Source: Trypanosoma brucei (Eukaryota). From it: 64,000 bases of DNA. The position numbers and the translations under genes are program-made. The notes under the pieces are model-generated. The model was not told where the DNA came from. It worked only from the letters and a program-made list of their open reading frames with translations, and did not search any database. This document shows positions 11,465 through 22,873 of the stretch, one piece after another (position 1 is the stretch's first letter; every line of letters starts with the position of its first letter). The DNA lies in NCBI GenBank assembly GCA_000002445.1, contig CH464491.1:1280001-1344000 (forward strand), written 5' to 3'.

Positions 11465-12184
11465 ATGCAGGTGCGTCGCGCCACGATGGAAGATATGTAC
11501 CAAATGCAGCACTGCAACCTACGCTGCCTGCCCGAGAACTATAACCTGCGGTATTACCTTTACCACATTCTTTCGTGGCCACAGCTGCTGTACGTTCAGG
11601 AGGATAACAACGGCAATGTTGTAGGTTATGTTCTCGCCAAGATGGAAGAAGAGGAGCACGCAGAGAAGGTGTTTGGACACATCACAAGTATTGCCGTCCT
11701 ACGAACGCACCGGCGCCTAGGTATTGCGTCGCGGGTGATGAATGCCGCGCTGCATGAAATGGAGCACGAATACGACGCCAACTTCTGCTCTCTCCACGTT
11801 CGTAAGACAAATGATGCCGCTCTTCATCTGTACCAGAATACCCTCAACTTTCGCTGTGCTAATGTAGAAAGTAAGTACTACGTTGATGAGGAAGATGCCT
11901 ATCATATGAAGCGTTTCTTTAAGGGAACAAACCCAGGCTTCTATGTGACAGAAAGTAGGCAACTCGTACGCCAACCAAACACAGGGGCTGGTGCGGCAGC
12001 CGGGTCCGCCGCAGAAGCTAGTGGTCAACGGCCAGACAAAAAGAACTCCGTAGACAAGCAGAAGGAGCAGTTGGAACTGGCGGCAGAACTCCTTGAAGAG
12101 GATCTTAAGAGCTCCGGAAAGGGGCGGCGACAGCCGCATCAGCAACACCAAAAGGGCGGTAAGCACGGAAAAGGTAAAAAGTAA
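11465..12184 (+). CDS. ARD1: N-alpha-acetyltransferase catalytic subunit (NatA Naa10/ARD1-like)
   Basis: N-terminus [34 protein letters not shown] matches the Naa10 signature (MQHCNL.CLPENY). The acetyl-CoA motif [11 protein letters not shown] (R-x-x-G-x-A) and a Lys-rich C-tail are present. The ORF track starts 84 nt upstream at another ATG (11381); the conserved N-terminus argues for 11465. Confidence 0.85.
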   Translation: MQVRRATMEDMYQMQHCNLRCLPENYNLRYYLYHILSWPQLLYVQEDNNGNVVGYVLAKMEEEEHAEKVFGHITSIAVLRTHRRLGIASRVMNAALHEMEHEYDANFCSLHVRKTNDAALHLYQNTLNFRCANVESKYYVDEEDAYHMKRFFKGTNPGFYVTESRQLVRQPNTGAGAAAGSAAEASGQRPDKKNSVDKQKEQLELAAELLEEDLKSSGKGRRQPHQQHQKGGKHGKGKK

Positions 12185-12292
12185 CGCTTAATGGGTGGGA
12201 ATAGTAACACCAAGGGGAAGGAGTCATGGGAACAAGTGGAAACAAAATTGTTCGACACGCACCGCTGAGGAGTGCCGGGGGTGAATGTTGGC

Positions 12293-12318
12293 TGTGTGCG
12301 TGTGTGTGTGTGTGTGTG
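12293..12318. repeat. (TG)n microsatellite
   Basis: tgtgtgcgtgtgtgtgtgtgtgtgtg. Confidence 0.9.
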
Positions 12319-12506
12319 AGCCAGGTTGTTGCATCCTCAATTTTGTGATATATTCACTCTTGGCTCACATTCACTTGACCATTCGCCAGTCCTTGTGTGG
12401 GTGAAGCGCTGACGCTCTCGAAGTGCATCATATGAGGTGTGCATTCCTCTGCTTTTCAATGGCCTGGGAATCCCTATTCTTTTCGGGTTCTTGTCTTTCC
12501 ACTTGC

Positions 12507-12507
<1 letters not shown>

Positions 12508-12537
<30 letters not shown>
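12508..12537. repeat. (TTA)10 microsatellite; the source of the poly-Tyr, poly-Ile and poly-Leu pseudo-ORFs at 12423-12636
   Basis: ttattattattattattattattattatta. Confidence 0.9.
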
Positions 12538-12538
<1 letters not shown>

Positions 12539-12635
12539 CATTGCTGCCGTCACTGCCTGTACTGTCAAAACTTCAAGCAACTGCTGCGATTTACTCTTTT
12601 TCATTTGTTGTTGTGGTTAATTTAAGCAACCTCTA

Positions 12636-13997
12636 ATGTACCAGCCACTCCTTGAGGCACCTGCGGGGTCGCCTAGCGCTGTTGTGGGCGACAGGCTTAT
12701 TGGTGAAGCTGCGGGGTCCCTCTTTGGTGGTAGCGACCGTGCGGCCTTCGAGGCTCAAGGCGGTGCTTACTACCCACCGTGGCGTCCGGCGAACGCAAAT
12801 GTGATATCTGGCGGCCGGTACCGAGCAGCGGGGTCCGGCATAATGGCGACGTGGCAGCGATGGCCCTTGTATAGACTGCAAACGGTGCTACGGCCTCTTA
12901 CATCATTGTTTCCTCTCCTGCGGGTGGTGTTTCCCTTCGCTGTGCCGGGTCAAGATAGGTGCCCGCAGCTGTGCGCAGCGGCGTTCGCTGAGCGTGTTAC
13001 TGCTATCTCGTTTCATCCGGTACGCATGATATTGGCTGCTGCTGTGAATGAGGGTAACGACTGCTCGCGCGTCGTTGTGTATGATGTGGCAGAGGGGCGG
13101 GAGGAGTGTGTTCTCACTCACGCTTTTCAGCGCCAAACTTGCTGCCTTGCGTGGAAGCCCTTGTCGCGTGATGTGCTTGCGGTCGGGTGTAACGGCGGTG
13201 TGCTGTTGTGGAGCCTCACCTTTAACATGTCACCAGCTGGGCAGGCTGTGCTTGGCAATGGCAATCTCACTCATAGATCTGTTGTCAATGGTACAGAGAG
13301 TAGTGCACCGTATTGTCTTTTCTATCGCTGTGCGAAGAATGTAGTTGTTACATGCATACGGTTCTCGTGCCGTGATGGGCGTTACCTTGCCTGCGGTAGT
13401 GCGAAGCATGCCGCACTACACTTCCATGACATTCGGCTGCAACCGTCAAAGTCGCTGCTGTTGCGGAACGTATCAGTTGAAGGCGCAACGCAGGACGTGT
13501 TGTTTGCCGACGACGATTCTTTCGCAATTCGCTTGGTTTGTGGCACGAGTGTGTTGGTGCTGCTGCAATTTCCGAGTTGTGCTGCCAATGTTGTGCCCAC
13601 AGCAGCACCAGTGTTGGGTGTGACGAAGGCTCGAGGGCTTGGGCCCAATTATTTCTTTCTCCACTGTCATCACGTGGAGGGTGTGTTTGTGGCGCACATT
13701 AATCCATTCGTCGGTGTGCATGTTATTGGTCTTATTTCAACAGGCATTCACCGTGGTGTCGGTGGTGCTGTACGGTGTGTTGCAAGCAGTGACAGGCGAC
13801 TGTTCGTTGCGCTAGAGACTGGCCATCTTCTAGTCATGCATTACGGACGGCGAGGTGTTTTCACCCTAATACCAGTAGGCACGGCAGAAATAGGCACTGA
13901 GTGCATGGCAGTGTTTGATGGCTGCACGTATGGGTCGTTGCTTGCTGTTGTGGAAGCGGACCAGTCTGTGTCATTTGTTCCTGCGTATCATGCATAA
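12636..13997 (+). CDS. Hypothetical protein, possible WD40/beta-propeller repeat protein (453 aa)
   Basis: ATG at 12636 (checked). Repeated hydrophobic-strand motifs are present (VVVYDV, CLAWKP..LAVGCNGGVLLWSL, VTCIRFSCRDGRYLACGS). Fold assignment is tentative. Confidence 0.7.
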   Translation: MYQPLLEAPAGSPSAVVGDRLIGEAAGSLFGGSDRAAFEAQGGAYYPPWRPANANVISGGRYRAAGSGIMATWQRWPLYRLQTVLRPLTSLFPLLRVVFPFAVPGQDRCPQLCAAAFAERVTAISFHPVRMILAAAVNEGNDCSRVVVYDVAEGREECVLTHAFQRQTCCLAWKPLSRDVLAVGCNGGVLLWSLTFNMSPAGQAVLGNGNLTHRSVVNGTESSAPYCLFYRCAKNVVVTCIRFSCRDGRYLACGSAKHAALHFHDIRLQPSKSLLLRNVSVEGATQDVLFADDDSFAIRLVCGTSVLVLLQFPSCAANVVPTAAPVLGVTKARGLGPNYFFLHCHHVEGVFVAHINPFVGVHVIGLISTGIHRGVGGAVRCVASSDRRLFVALETGHLLVMHYGRRGVFTLIPVGTAEIGTECMAVFDGCTYGSLLAVVEADQSVSFVPAYHA

Positions 13998-14919
13998 GAG
14001 GCCACGATGATATTCGGGCGGAAGGATGGGGGAAGATTGAACGATGCCCACACCCCTTTTTTGCACAGAAAGACATGGTGGTTGGGGAAGGCGAATCACA
14101 GCATAAGGTCTGAGGGGAACTAGGGACCAGGGTGTAAGGAGTTGAAGGAAGGTACTAGAGGCGGCTGCGTGTCTGCAAGTGCATGGGGACGTCTGGAATA
14201 TGAGCAATAAGGGTTGATGTCGAGGCCGAATGGCGTGCAGGATGAGCAAGAAGTGTCTCTTCGATAAAAACACTGTATGAGATGATGTTTGTGATCATGA
14301 GCTCACAAGTAAAGCATTTCAACACTACACATCCCCACTTTTTACTTTTTATTAACAAGCATCTCTGTTTCGTACACATACATGCGCTTTTGAGAGTACA
14401 AATGCATCCCCTATGGGGGTGCATTGTTGTGTCTGCACGCTCCATGACTCTTCCTCTGATTGTTTGATGGCTTTGGTGTCACCCGTCCTTCCCTTTTTAT
14501 GCGTGTTAGCCCTTGTTTGTTACTTTACGGCTTTCGTCATAAGAGAAGTACATCCTGCCGTTATTGATCTCTCTGTATCTATGCCTGGTTGCGTTCAAGC
14601 ACGTGCAAGCCATTTGTGTGCATCCCAGCACCCATTCCCCCCCATATTGATGACTATGCATATTATCATCGGCATTCTTCTTTTTGGGTTTTCTAGGGGT
14701 GCACTTAAAGAAAGAGTTGCGAACCACAGAGGTGGGTAGTGTCCACTGTGCTGTCGGGAACTCGCAACCGCATTTGTACTCGCGTGTTAAGGCGCCGCTA
14801 CCACCAAACGGCGGCCACCGCTTTCGAGCCAACAACGGAAGGAGAAACTAGAGGAGAGAATACAAAGTGAAAGGCCCGGTTGTAACGGGGTGCCGTGGAC
14901 AATATATTACCACTAGAAA

Positions 14920-15819
14920 ATGTCGAATGCACTTGAGAGCATCACTGCGGCGACGCAGCTTCGGCGCGCGGTGATGGAGGCCCAGCGGGAGTTAGACGCC
15001 AAACGCGAGCTGTATTTGACCCGCATGGCCCGTGCGCATGAGATAGAGGAGACCATTGCGCAGGGCCGCGCGAAGCTGCAAGACAAACTTGTGCGATACT
15101 ACAAGTTTATTCAGGACAACGAGGTGAAACGTTCTCGTGCCATGCGTAAGGCAGTTACGGAGGAGCGCATTCGCAAGGAACGTGAGGCGCAGGTAGAGGA
15201 ACTTACTAAAAAGCTTCAGAATCTGCACGATCGCAGCGAAGAGCTTCGAGGGTTATACGATGTATATTCGAGGTACCAACGTTACCTTGAGGAGGTGCTG
15301 CAGCGCAATGATAGTGACGAATATCAGGGGCCGCGCGACATCATACAGCGGTGGAACACACTGCATGAAAACACAAAGGTGTTGCAGCGGCGTAAAACGC
15401 AGCTAGAGGAAGAGCTTCTGAGGAACAAGAATGCTCTAAACGTGAAACGACAGCGAAAGAACAATGAGAGTGTACAACTGCAGAACCAACTTAATGAGTT
15501 GCAGGCGAGATTTGGACAGCTCCAGAAGAATATTAAAATTAAACAGGACGAGCTTGAGCGGTGCATCAGTCAAAGAAGTACCACCTCACGTACCATTAGC
15601 CATGTGCGAATGGCTTGTAAGAACCTTTACGATCGCTGCATCACGTGGACAGCGCCGTACTCAGGCCGCGGTAAGTTTGAGTCCAGGGAGGCGGACGTGC
15701 TTTTTCAACTTCATGTTATTGGCGACTGCTTGCGTGACTTCCAGGACGTGATTGAGGCACACCATCAACGACAGCAGCAACTGGCCTTGGCACGCGCCTC
15801 CAGAGATGATGACGCGTGA
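14920..15819 (+). CDS. Coiled-coil protein of the DUF4200 family (CCDC42/CFAP73/MNS1-like; likely axonemal)
   Basis: ATG at 14920. Heptad-rich throughout. KFIQDNEVKRSRAMRKAVTEERIRKEREAQVEEL fits the DUF4200 N-terminal block (F..eN..KR.RA.kka..E). ISHVRMACKNLYDRC fits the C-terminal 'I.mAI.NLY.RC' block. Confidence 0.65.
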   Translation: MSNALESITAATQLRRAVMEAQRELDAKRELYLTRMARAHEIEETIAQGRAKLQDKLVRYYKFIQDNEVKRSRAMRKAVTEERIRKEREAQVEELTKKLQNLHDRSEELRGLYDVYSRYQRYLEEVLQRNDSDEYQGPRDIIQRWNTLHENTKVLQRRKTQLEEELLRNKNALNVKRQRKNNESVQLQNQLNELQARFGQLQKNIKIKQDELERCISQRSTTSRTISHVRMACKNLYDRCITWTAPYSGRGKFESREADVLFQLHVIGDCLRDFQDVIEAHHQRQQQLALARASRDDDA

Positions 15820-16474
15820 GACTGAAGGTGCACAGAGACATACGCGTTAATGGATATGACGCTCCTGAATATATGATTACTGTTGAGTCCGTGGCATAAG
15901 CATGGCGAAAGCGTCAGGCACGAGGCTATTTCCGAGCGACGACCGCCTTTCCTCTGTACCATGCCTGGTGAAGAGGGCCGAAGGAAGAGAAGAGATAGGC
16001 ACTGGTGGGCTTGTATATATATATATATATTTATTTATTTATCTATTTAGTCGTTGCTGCAGCTTTTGTTACCGCACGTGGGGATGTATGGATGAATACT
16101 GTGTTTGGCAATGATACCTACACTGAACTCTGTATCAATACTGGAGAAAGTTTTATTTTTCTGCGTCTGTGGTCGTTGGTGGGATTGTGCGTTTGGGGCC
16201 TTTCTACACTTTTTGTTGATGTTTTCTCTCTATATATACCTTGTTCTTTTCGCCTCTTATCCTCTGAAATGGCGTATTCACTTCGGAAAAGAAAAGTGTG
16301 GGGAAAGGAAGTAAAGCAGTCAGAGAAGAGGAAGGGGTCCGCACCCAACCCAAATCGCAGCGGGGCAGTGGCCGACGTGCGTTTTGCAGTGTCGCCGTTA
16401 TTACCTCCACAGGGGCACTGGCAGTTGAACAAAAGGGGTAACAGTTGATCACATTCAGCTTTGGTGTGCAGTGA

Positions 16475-17344
16475 ATGATGACGTACCGGCCGTGCTGTAT
16501 TGTTTGCTGCTCAGACTGCGATACGGATGGTATCTTCACAAGTTGTCAACACTTCATATGTCCCCGCTGTGCTGGGCGTTATCCTCCGGGTCAATGTCCA
16601 CGTTGCCGGAAACCCTGTAAGGCCGTGAAGGCAGGTCCTGCCCTGCCGAAGGAAGTTGCCGACCGCGTTTCACATAACCCGCAGCATCTGTTGCAGCTGG
16701 CAGCACAGGCCCTTGACTTTCAGCGGCGACAGGAGCAGCAGTCCCTACAGCGGTTGCGGGAGCTAGTGACAACGCTGAATCAGAGCAACCGAAGCATGGC
16801 GTCACAGATTAGTGCCGCAAAGGCAGAGCGAGAGGAATTACTTACCACTATCAAACAATTGCAAAGACAATTGTATACCCAGCAACAGCAACAGAGCCAG
16901 CAGCAACTTCAGCTTCACACTTCTCAACGAACGTCGGATGTTCCGGCGATCAGTAATGACGGAAGAAGCTGTGGCGTGACAACATATAATGGAGGTGTGG
17001 CGGCCGCCGTGAAGCGGTCCACGCCCGTTCATGCCAGTGGCCCGCCCGGTTTCACAAATGGTGCACCGGCTGCCCGGGGTTGGCTTTCGTCTCCAGCCCC
17101 ATCCAATGGTGCCGCCGATGCCTTCACACCACTTGGCTGGGGTCAGTCAAAGCGGTCACGCGAGGAAGGTCCGCAGACACCAACAAACACTGAGCAGACG
17201 CGCTTCCGCCTCGCAACACCGGCGATTACATTGCGCAATGTACTTACGGGATCACGGGAGACCACCCCGCGGAATCGTATGGATTGCGTTGGTACTATGG
17301 CACCTCCCAGGCCCCTGCAGAGTCTTTTGTGCCGTGGCCCGTAA
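16475..17344 (+). CDS. RING-type zinc-finger protein with a Gln-rich coiled-coil and a Pro/Gly/Ala-rich tail
   Basis: ATG at 16475. N-terminus CIVCCSDCDTDGIFTSCQHFICPRCAGRYPPGQCPRC has C-x2-C...C-x-H-x2-C-x2-C...C-x2-C spacing (C3HC4-like). QQQQQSQQQLQL block mid-protein. Confidence 0.65.
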   Translation: MMTYRPCCIVCCSDCDTDGIFTSCQHFICPRCAGRYPPGQCPRCRKPCKAVKAGPALPKEVADRVSHNPQHLLQLAAQALDFQRRQEQQSLQRLRELVTTLNQSNRSMASQISAAKAEREELLTTIKQLQRQLYTQQQQQSQQQLQLHTSQRTSDVPAISNDGRSCGVTTYNGGVAAAVKRSTPVHASGPPGFTNGAPAARGWLSSPAPSNGAADAFTPLGWGQSKRSREEGPQTPTNTEQTRFRLATPAITLRNVLTGSRETTPRNRMDCVGTMAPPRPLQSLLCRGP

Positions 17345-18353
17345 GGGTGTGTGTGTGTGTGTGTGGAGGGAAAAGACGTTTATTCGCCATTTCAGGGGGG
17401 GGGGCATTGATGCCTTCTCACAAAATCAAGGTTGGTGAATGCACACCTGATCAAAGGCCATCAACTTTTCCACTTTTGAAATAATACTATCTTATTGATG
17501 TTGTTACTCCTTTGTTTTGTTTTCATGATGTATTCTCTCTTGTGGAACATTTATGTTTATTTTCACTCCTCGTCACTACCATAACATCAGTGCAAACCCA
17601 CATGGACGCCGCATTTGCCCAACAGTGTGGCGAGGTCCGCTCTACAGTGCCTGTGGGATGTCAACTGTTTTACTTGTTAGTCATCGTTTCCGTGATTTGC
17701 TATATTATTCTGTCATTATCACTCTGCTCCTTTTTCTTGCCAACGACATGAAACTTCTATTTGTCCCCTTCACAATCCAGCTTGTCCCCTGACCCCGATA
17801 ATGAGAAGGGAGAGGTCATAAAGTTCATATCATTGCACATTGTCGCGCTCTCCCTTAATTATCCCTTATGGCCTCTTTCTTCTTTCCCCCGTGCTGTCGT
17901 GCTCTCAATCTCTCATTGCAACCGAACTTCGCTTCCTTCCGTTCATTCCTTACTTCTATCGGGGATTAAGCAATAAACCAGAAAACAAATATATTGCAAG
18001 ACTTGGTTGCTCTTATCGGCAGGGGCTGCTACTTTTTGGGATTGCAGCTGTCACAAGGTTCCTTCACCGGTTGTTGTTCATATTACTCCGTAGCATTGTC
18101 GAGAGCTTGTGCTTACGGTGTAGCTTAATTGACGGCCGCGCGCATTAGCAGTTGAAGTAAGAAATTTCTGCCCTTCCCCTTCCCTGCTCACCCCCTTTTT
18201 TTTCTTTCTTGACATTCCACTCACCTTTCCTCGGGTGCACACATTTAAGGAGGAACGTAGGGGAAAAGGTGTGAGCTAGAGTGGACAAACGTCCCCCCCT
18301 TTTTGGCGTGCATCAATCTATTACATAGTGAGCTGGATAACTTTCTCTTGTCC

Positions 18354-18965
18354 ATGTCTGTGAAGACGCTTGCCGCCCCAACAAAGAAGTACAAAATTGT
18401 CCTTTTGGGCGATAGCGGTGTTGGTAAATCATCCCTCGTACAGCGGCTCGCGAAGAATGAGTGGTGCGACAACCAAAACTCAACGGTAGGCGCGTCTTTC
18501 CTCCGGTACGTGTGTACTGTAGGGGATACAGCTGTAAACTTCGATATTTGGGACACTGCCGGTCAGGAACGCTACAAAAGTCTGGCATCCATGTATTACC
18601 GGGGCGCTGCTGCTGCACTTGTGGTGTATGAAATCCCGTCATGGGAAACATTTGAGCGGGCGAAACATTGGGTGCGGGAACTCGCAACTAACTCACCCGA
18701 GACAATTGTCATACTTGTGGGAAATAAAAGCGACCTAAGGGGGACTAGCGGTTGTGTGAGTAGTGAAGAGGCGGCAACATATGCCCGGGAACTCAATTTG
18801 CTGTTCAGTGAAGCGAGTGCAAAAGACGGTAGTGGTGTAAGTGAAGTATTCATGCAGATTGCGCAGCGGCTTGTAGCGTCGAATAATAATAACACTGTTC
18901 ATAGCGGTGGTGTGTTGGGAGGTCAGCCGAATTCCACTAGGCGAAGTTCCGGTTGCTGTGGTTGA
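18354..18965 (+). CDS. RAB5: Rab5-family small GTPase, 203 aa. The Rab5B paralogue is suggested by size and neighbourhood, but I cannot confirm it without a search
   Basis: G1 GDSGVGKSS, switch I STVGASF, G3 WDTAGQERY, Rab5-like YYRGAAAALVVYEI, G4 GNKSD, G5 SAK, C-terminal CC prenylation motif. The ORF-track start at 18303 is TTG; the first ATG is 18354 (MSVKTLAAPTKKYKIVLLGDSGVGKSS). Confidence 0.85.
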   Translation: MSVKTLAAPTKKYKIVLLGDSGVGKSSLVQRLAKNEWCDNQNSTVGASFLRYVCTVGDTAVNFDIWDTAGQERYKSLASMYYRGAAAALVVYEIPSWETFERAKHWVRELATNSPETIVILVGNKSDLRGTSGCVSSEEAATYARELNLLFSEASAKDGSGVSEVFMQIAQRLVASNNNNTVHSGGVLGGQPNSTRRSSGCCG

Positions 18966-21090
18966 AGCACTGCATGTTGTTGATTTCCGTTAGAGTGTTT
19001 TCGAACTCACTCACTCATGAGCGAGTTGAGTGGGTGTGTGAGTTCTTTTTTTTTTCTTTTCATCTGATTTGTTTTCTTTCATGGGAGAGGTGGTTTTCAA
19101 AGAGTGGAAGAAGAAGAAAGGATCGAGGAGGGTGAGGAAATTTCGTTAAGGGTTTTAGCTGTCCGCGTTTGGACCTTACTTTTTTGTTCTCACTCTCTTT
19201 CTTGTTTCACTTTGTTTTTTTCCTTCGTTTTACTGTTAGTTGGTGGTGTATTGTTTGTCGTGAACCTCACCTCTAAGACGCGCGGCATCCTTCTCTTTAC
19301 CTCTCACCACCGCTCGCGGGCTTATCTTTTTCTTGTTTTTTTTGTTTCGAGCCTTCTTGTTCCGCCATCATCATTATTATTGTTGTTATTATTCCCACTT
19401 CTTCCACTAGTGCTTTTACCACTTTCATTGGTTTTTTTTGCGGTGCCGCTAATGCGTTTGGTTCATTACCGTTTCATAACTCATGCCCACATAACACCAA
19501 TGAACTTTTGCCGTTTTGTTGTTGTAAAGAGAGGAAAACAGAAGAAGAAGAAAATGAAAACGTGATGAAGGCTGAAACAAAACAGTGAGAGGCGATGTAC
19601 CACCAGAGGTTGAGAAGGAACAGGAGGAATAGAAACGATAATGTGATGTTGAGGGTAACCGCCACAAGTAGTTATAACTTTTGAGAAGGTAAACATAAAG
19701 AGAAGGGAAGGGATAACAAGAGCTGATTTTCAAGAAAATAAATGCGCTTGTGTGCATGTGTATGTACTGGTGTCCCTCACTCCCTCTCCCTTTCTCTCTC
19801 TTTGTGGAGGTACTTAAGGAATTGGAGTTATAGATACAAATATGAGAGAAGAGGGAGGTAAAAAAAAAAAGAAAGAAACGGCTTTGAATTACCCACGATA
19901 CATGCATTCGTGTTCTGCCGAACTTCGCCTTCTCTTATGTGTTCAATTTCCCCTCGCTTCATTTCCATCCGTTTTGGTTCACTTTGCTTTTTTTTTTCTT
20001 TGTTATGTATAGGTACCGCCTTTAAGTGTTTTTGTGTTTGGGTGCACGGCCATCCTGTGCGATCTGCGAGTTGTTTCTGTTGCATCCGGAGGATGACCGC
20101 GCATTTCAGATTGTTATATTCATCTTTGCTTGTATCTCTCTCTCCCTCTCAAACACGTAAATACATGTATGCCTCCCCCTTTATTAAGATTGTTTTATTC
20201 GTTTCACTGTTACTCTTCCTGTCCGAATACGGTAACTTTAAACTTCTCTTTTTTTTTTCTCAAGAAAGTTCATTTTATGACGCGACAGTGAGACGGGTAC
20301 TCAAACTCTCACAGGTGTGTGCATTTAACATAGGGTTATTTTATATTGTTATGGCGTTTATGTGGTAATTTGTTACAAGTCAGCCGACAACCACTTAGTT
20401 TTAATTGCACGTGTTTGTGTGGGTCCCGGGTTTCAAAAAAGGAATTGCGAATTTTTGCTCCTCCAACATGTGGTTTCCACCAAATGTGTAGCGATACCCA
20501 CATGTTTCGGACGCCAGAGTACTCGGGGGTGTGGGAGTGGTTTCGACCAAAAAAGTGCGACGAGCGGGGGCCAAAGGACGTGCATGTCAGTATGTTTGAA
20601 CTGATGCAACTGATTTCATATTTTCTACCTCAGTGAATATCTTGACTTACGTATTTTCACTCACACTTCTGTCGCCCTCACCAATACATCGTTGCCTTGT
20701 CTTTCGATGATTGAAAGTGTTGGATGGGTTTACTGAAAGGGGCGGCTGATACTTGTCCTTGTGTTGATACTTTTGTGCGATTCAAGAATTCGACCATGTG
20801 GTAGATTCCGGAGGGCACCGCATGAATTTCCCACACCAGTACAAAAATCGGCATCGTTGATGTTTAAATTGTTTGTCTAACGGATTGGCGTTGCGCCTGC
20901 TCACCACCTCCCCTCCCACGTCTGCAAGTAACTCATTTGTGTTTCTGCTCCTGTCTATCCGTTGCTATTTCTCTCCCTTTTTTTTTTCTGTTTCGCTTGC
21001 CTTTGTTACCACCCACTTGGCTTTCCATCTTTCTTTGGATCCTCTTCAAAATGGTCGAACGAAAAGAAAGGAAGTGGGAACCCGCGACTG

Positions 21091-21924
21091 ATGCCATCAG
21101 TGTTGGTCTTCCTGCGGGATGCACTCGCTCACTACGAGTCGGGTGAGTTATGTACCGCCCGACAGGCGGCAGAAGAGGCTCTTCATGCCGCACAGCCGCA
21201 CGAACACGAAGCGTTCGCGGATTCATTGCTTCTTTTGGGGAACATTAGTGCTGCGGAGGGCGACTTCATTACGGCAGAGCGGTACGCTGCAACGTGTAGT
21301 TGCTACGTTGAGGAACATTTGGGCCCGCAACACAATGGAGCCGCAGTGGTGAGGCTTAACCGGGCTATATTTTTGTTAGAGAGCCTTCGTGTGCAATCCG
21401 TTACCACCGTGGCAGTTGTGGAGGAGGCGCATGCGCTTCTGCTGGAGGCGGAGCAGCTCCTTGTGAATGTTTGTCATGTGGGGCGACTGGTGTTAGCGGA
21501 GGTGCTTCATAACATCGGGGTGTGTTGCGCACTTCTTGGGCGTTATGTTGCAGCCTTAACGGCGTACATGCGGTCCATGCAAATACGCGTAAGGTTTAAG
21601 GATGCTGCGAGGGTTACGGATCTTAAACTCGCCTTGACAATGGAGCAGGTAGCACTGCTTTACCGTTTAATGGATGAGCCAAAGCGGCAGGAAGCCGCGC
21701 TGCTGATGGAAGTCGTAGCCTCAACCCGCAGGCAACTTCTCGGCCCACATCATCCACTTTTAGCCGCAGCCGTTCTTGCGCAGGGTGTCATTGCTGCTGA
21801 ACTCGGCCAGCGGTGTCGGGCGCAATCATTTCTTCGCAACGCCCTTGAAATGTTTTTGAGCCTTTACGGCAAGGAATCGTTCCAACTCCAATGCGCGGAG
21901 CGGCTGCTCGCTGAAGTATCGTGA
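21091..21924 (+). CDS. Hypothetical TPR-like helical repeat protein (277 aa)
   Basis: The ORF-track start at 20962 is TTG, inside a poly-pyrimidine tract; the first ATG is 21091 (MPSVLVFLRDALAHYESGEL). Repeated ~34-aa amphipathic helix pairs (LLLGNISAAEGDF..AERYA; LHNIGVCCALLGRYVAALTAYMRSM). Confidence 0.65.
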   Translation: MPSVLVFLRDALAHYESGELCTARQAAEEALHAAQPHEHEAFADSLLLLGNISAAEGDFITAERYAATCSCYVEEHLGPQHNGAAVVRLNRAIFLLESLRVQSVTTVAVVEEAHALLLEAEQLLVNVCHVGRLVLAEVLHNIGVCCALLGRYVAALTAYMRSMQIRVRFKDAARVTDLKLALTMEQVALLYRLMDEPKRQEAALLMEVVASTRRQLLGPHHPLLAAAVLAQGVIAAELGQRCRAQSFLRNALEMFLSLYGKESFQLQCAERLLAEVS

Positions 21925-22232
21925 GGGCCTGCCATACGTTGCGGAGTCATAAGCATAGAACAAACACAATTATATAAATCCATACATGCGTACATTGGTT
22001 TAAATGCCTTTCCTTTGATCCCCTGCATATGCATGTATATATATATATATACGTATTTTATTTATTTACATCTTCACTTCCTGTTCAAATACGTACTAAG
22101 GGGAGGATGCTGGGAACAGGAACAACGGTGGAACAATTCCTTTGCCCTTTTTGTTACTTATCTTTGCGTTTCGCCCTCATTGTGTGTTGGTGCTGCGTGT
22201 CCCATCCATTTGTTTGTCACCTCCTTCTCTCG

Positions 22233-22234
<2 letters not shown>

Positions 22235-22270
<36 letters not shown>

Positions 22271-22283
22271 TTATTTATTTATG
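22235..22283. repeat. (AT)16 followed by (TTTA)4
   Basis: atatatat...atatatttatttatttatttat. Confidence 0.9.
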
Positions 22284-22873
22284 TATGCTTGTGTTCAGTT
22301 CTTTACCTTCTCCCTTTTTTTTTCTCTTGTATTTTGTGCTCTTCCTTTTTTTTTTACACTTGCTCTGTATATCATTCAACGAGGTGGTAAAAACGAAAAC
22401 ACACAACAGAGAAAGAAAAGAAAGGAAAGGTGAAAACAATTTCAAGGGAAATCAAGTACAACACACCCTATTACCATCGTTATCATTATTGTTGCTTAAC
22501 ACCGCAAAAAAACAAGAAAAGTGAAAAAAAAAAGACTCTGGCACCTAGGCGGATTTGAAACACCAACAGGAAGATAAGGAAAAGTAAAACAAATACAAAG
22601 GTGGACTACATATTTTTGATTGTGCACGACCGAAAGGATACTGAATCAAACGCCTTTAGGGGAAAAGAAATATAGGGAGACTCAGTGATTTTTAATATAT
22701 ATATATATATATATATTCAAGGAAAAAGGCATAGGTTGAAAGGGGAAAGAAAAAGAAAAGGGTTGGGGACGAAAAAGTTTTTTAAAAAAAAACTAAGACA
22801 AAACAACGAAATAAAACCAGAAGGGTAGTTTTTCCTTTGTTTTCTTTTCTTTTTGTTTTTTTTTCTGGTTTCC

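Noticed and set aside
12423-12636. Overlapping 62-65-aa ORFs encoding poly-Tyr, poly-Ile and poly-Leu
   Set aside because: These are translations of the (TTA)10 microsatellite in three frames within an intergenic spacer.
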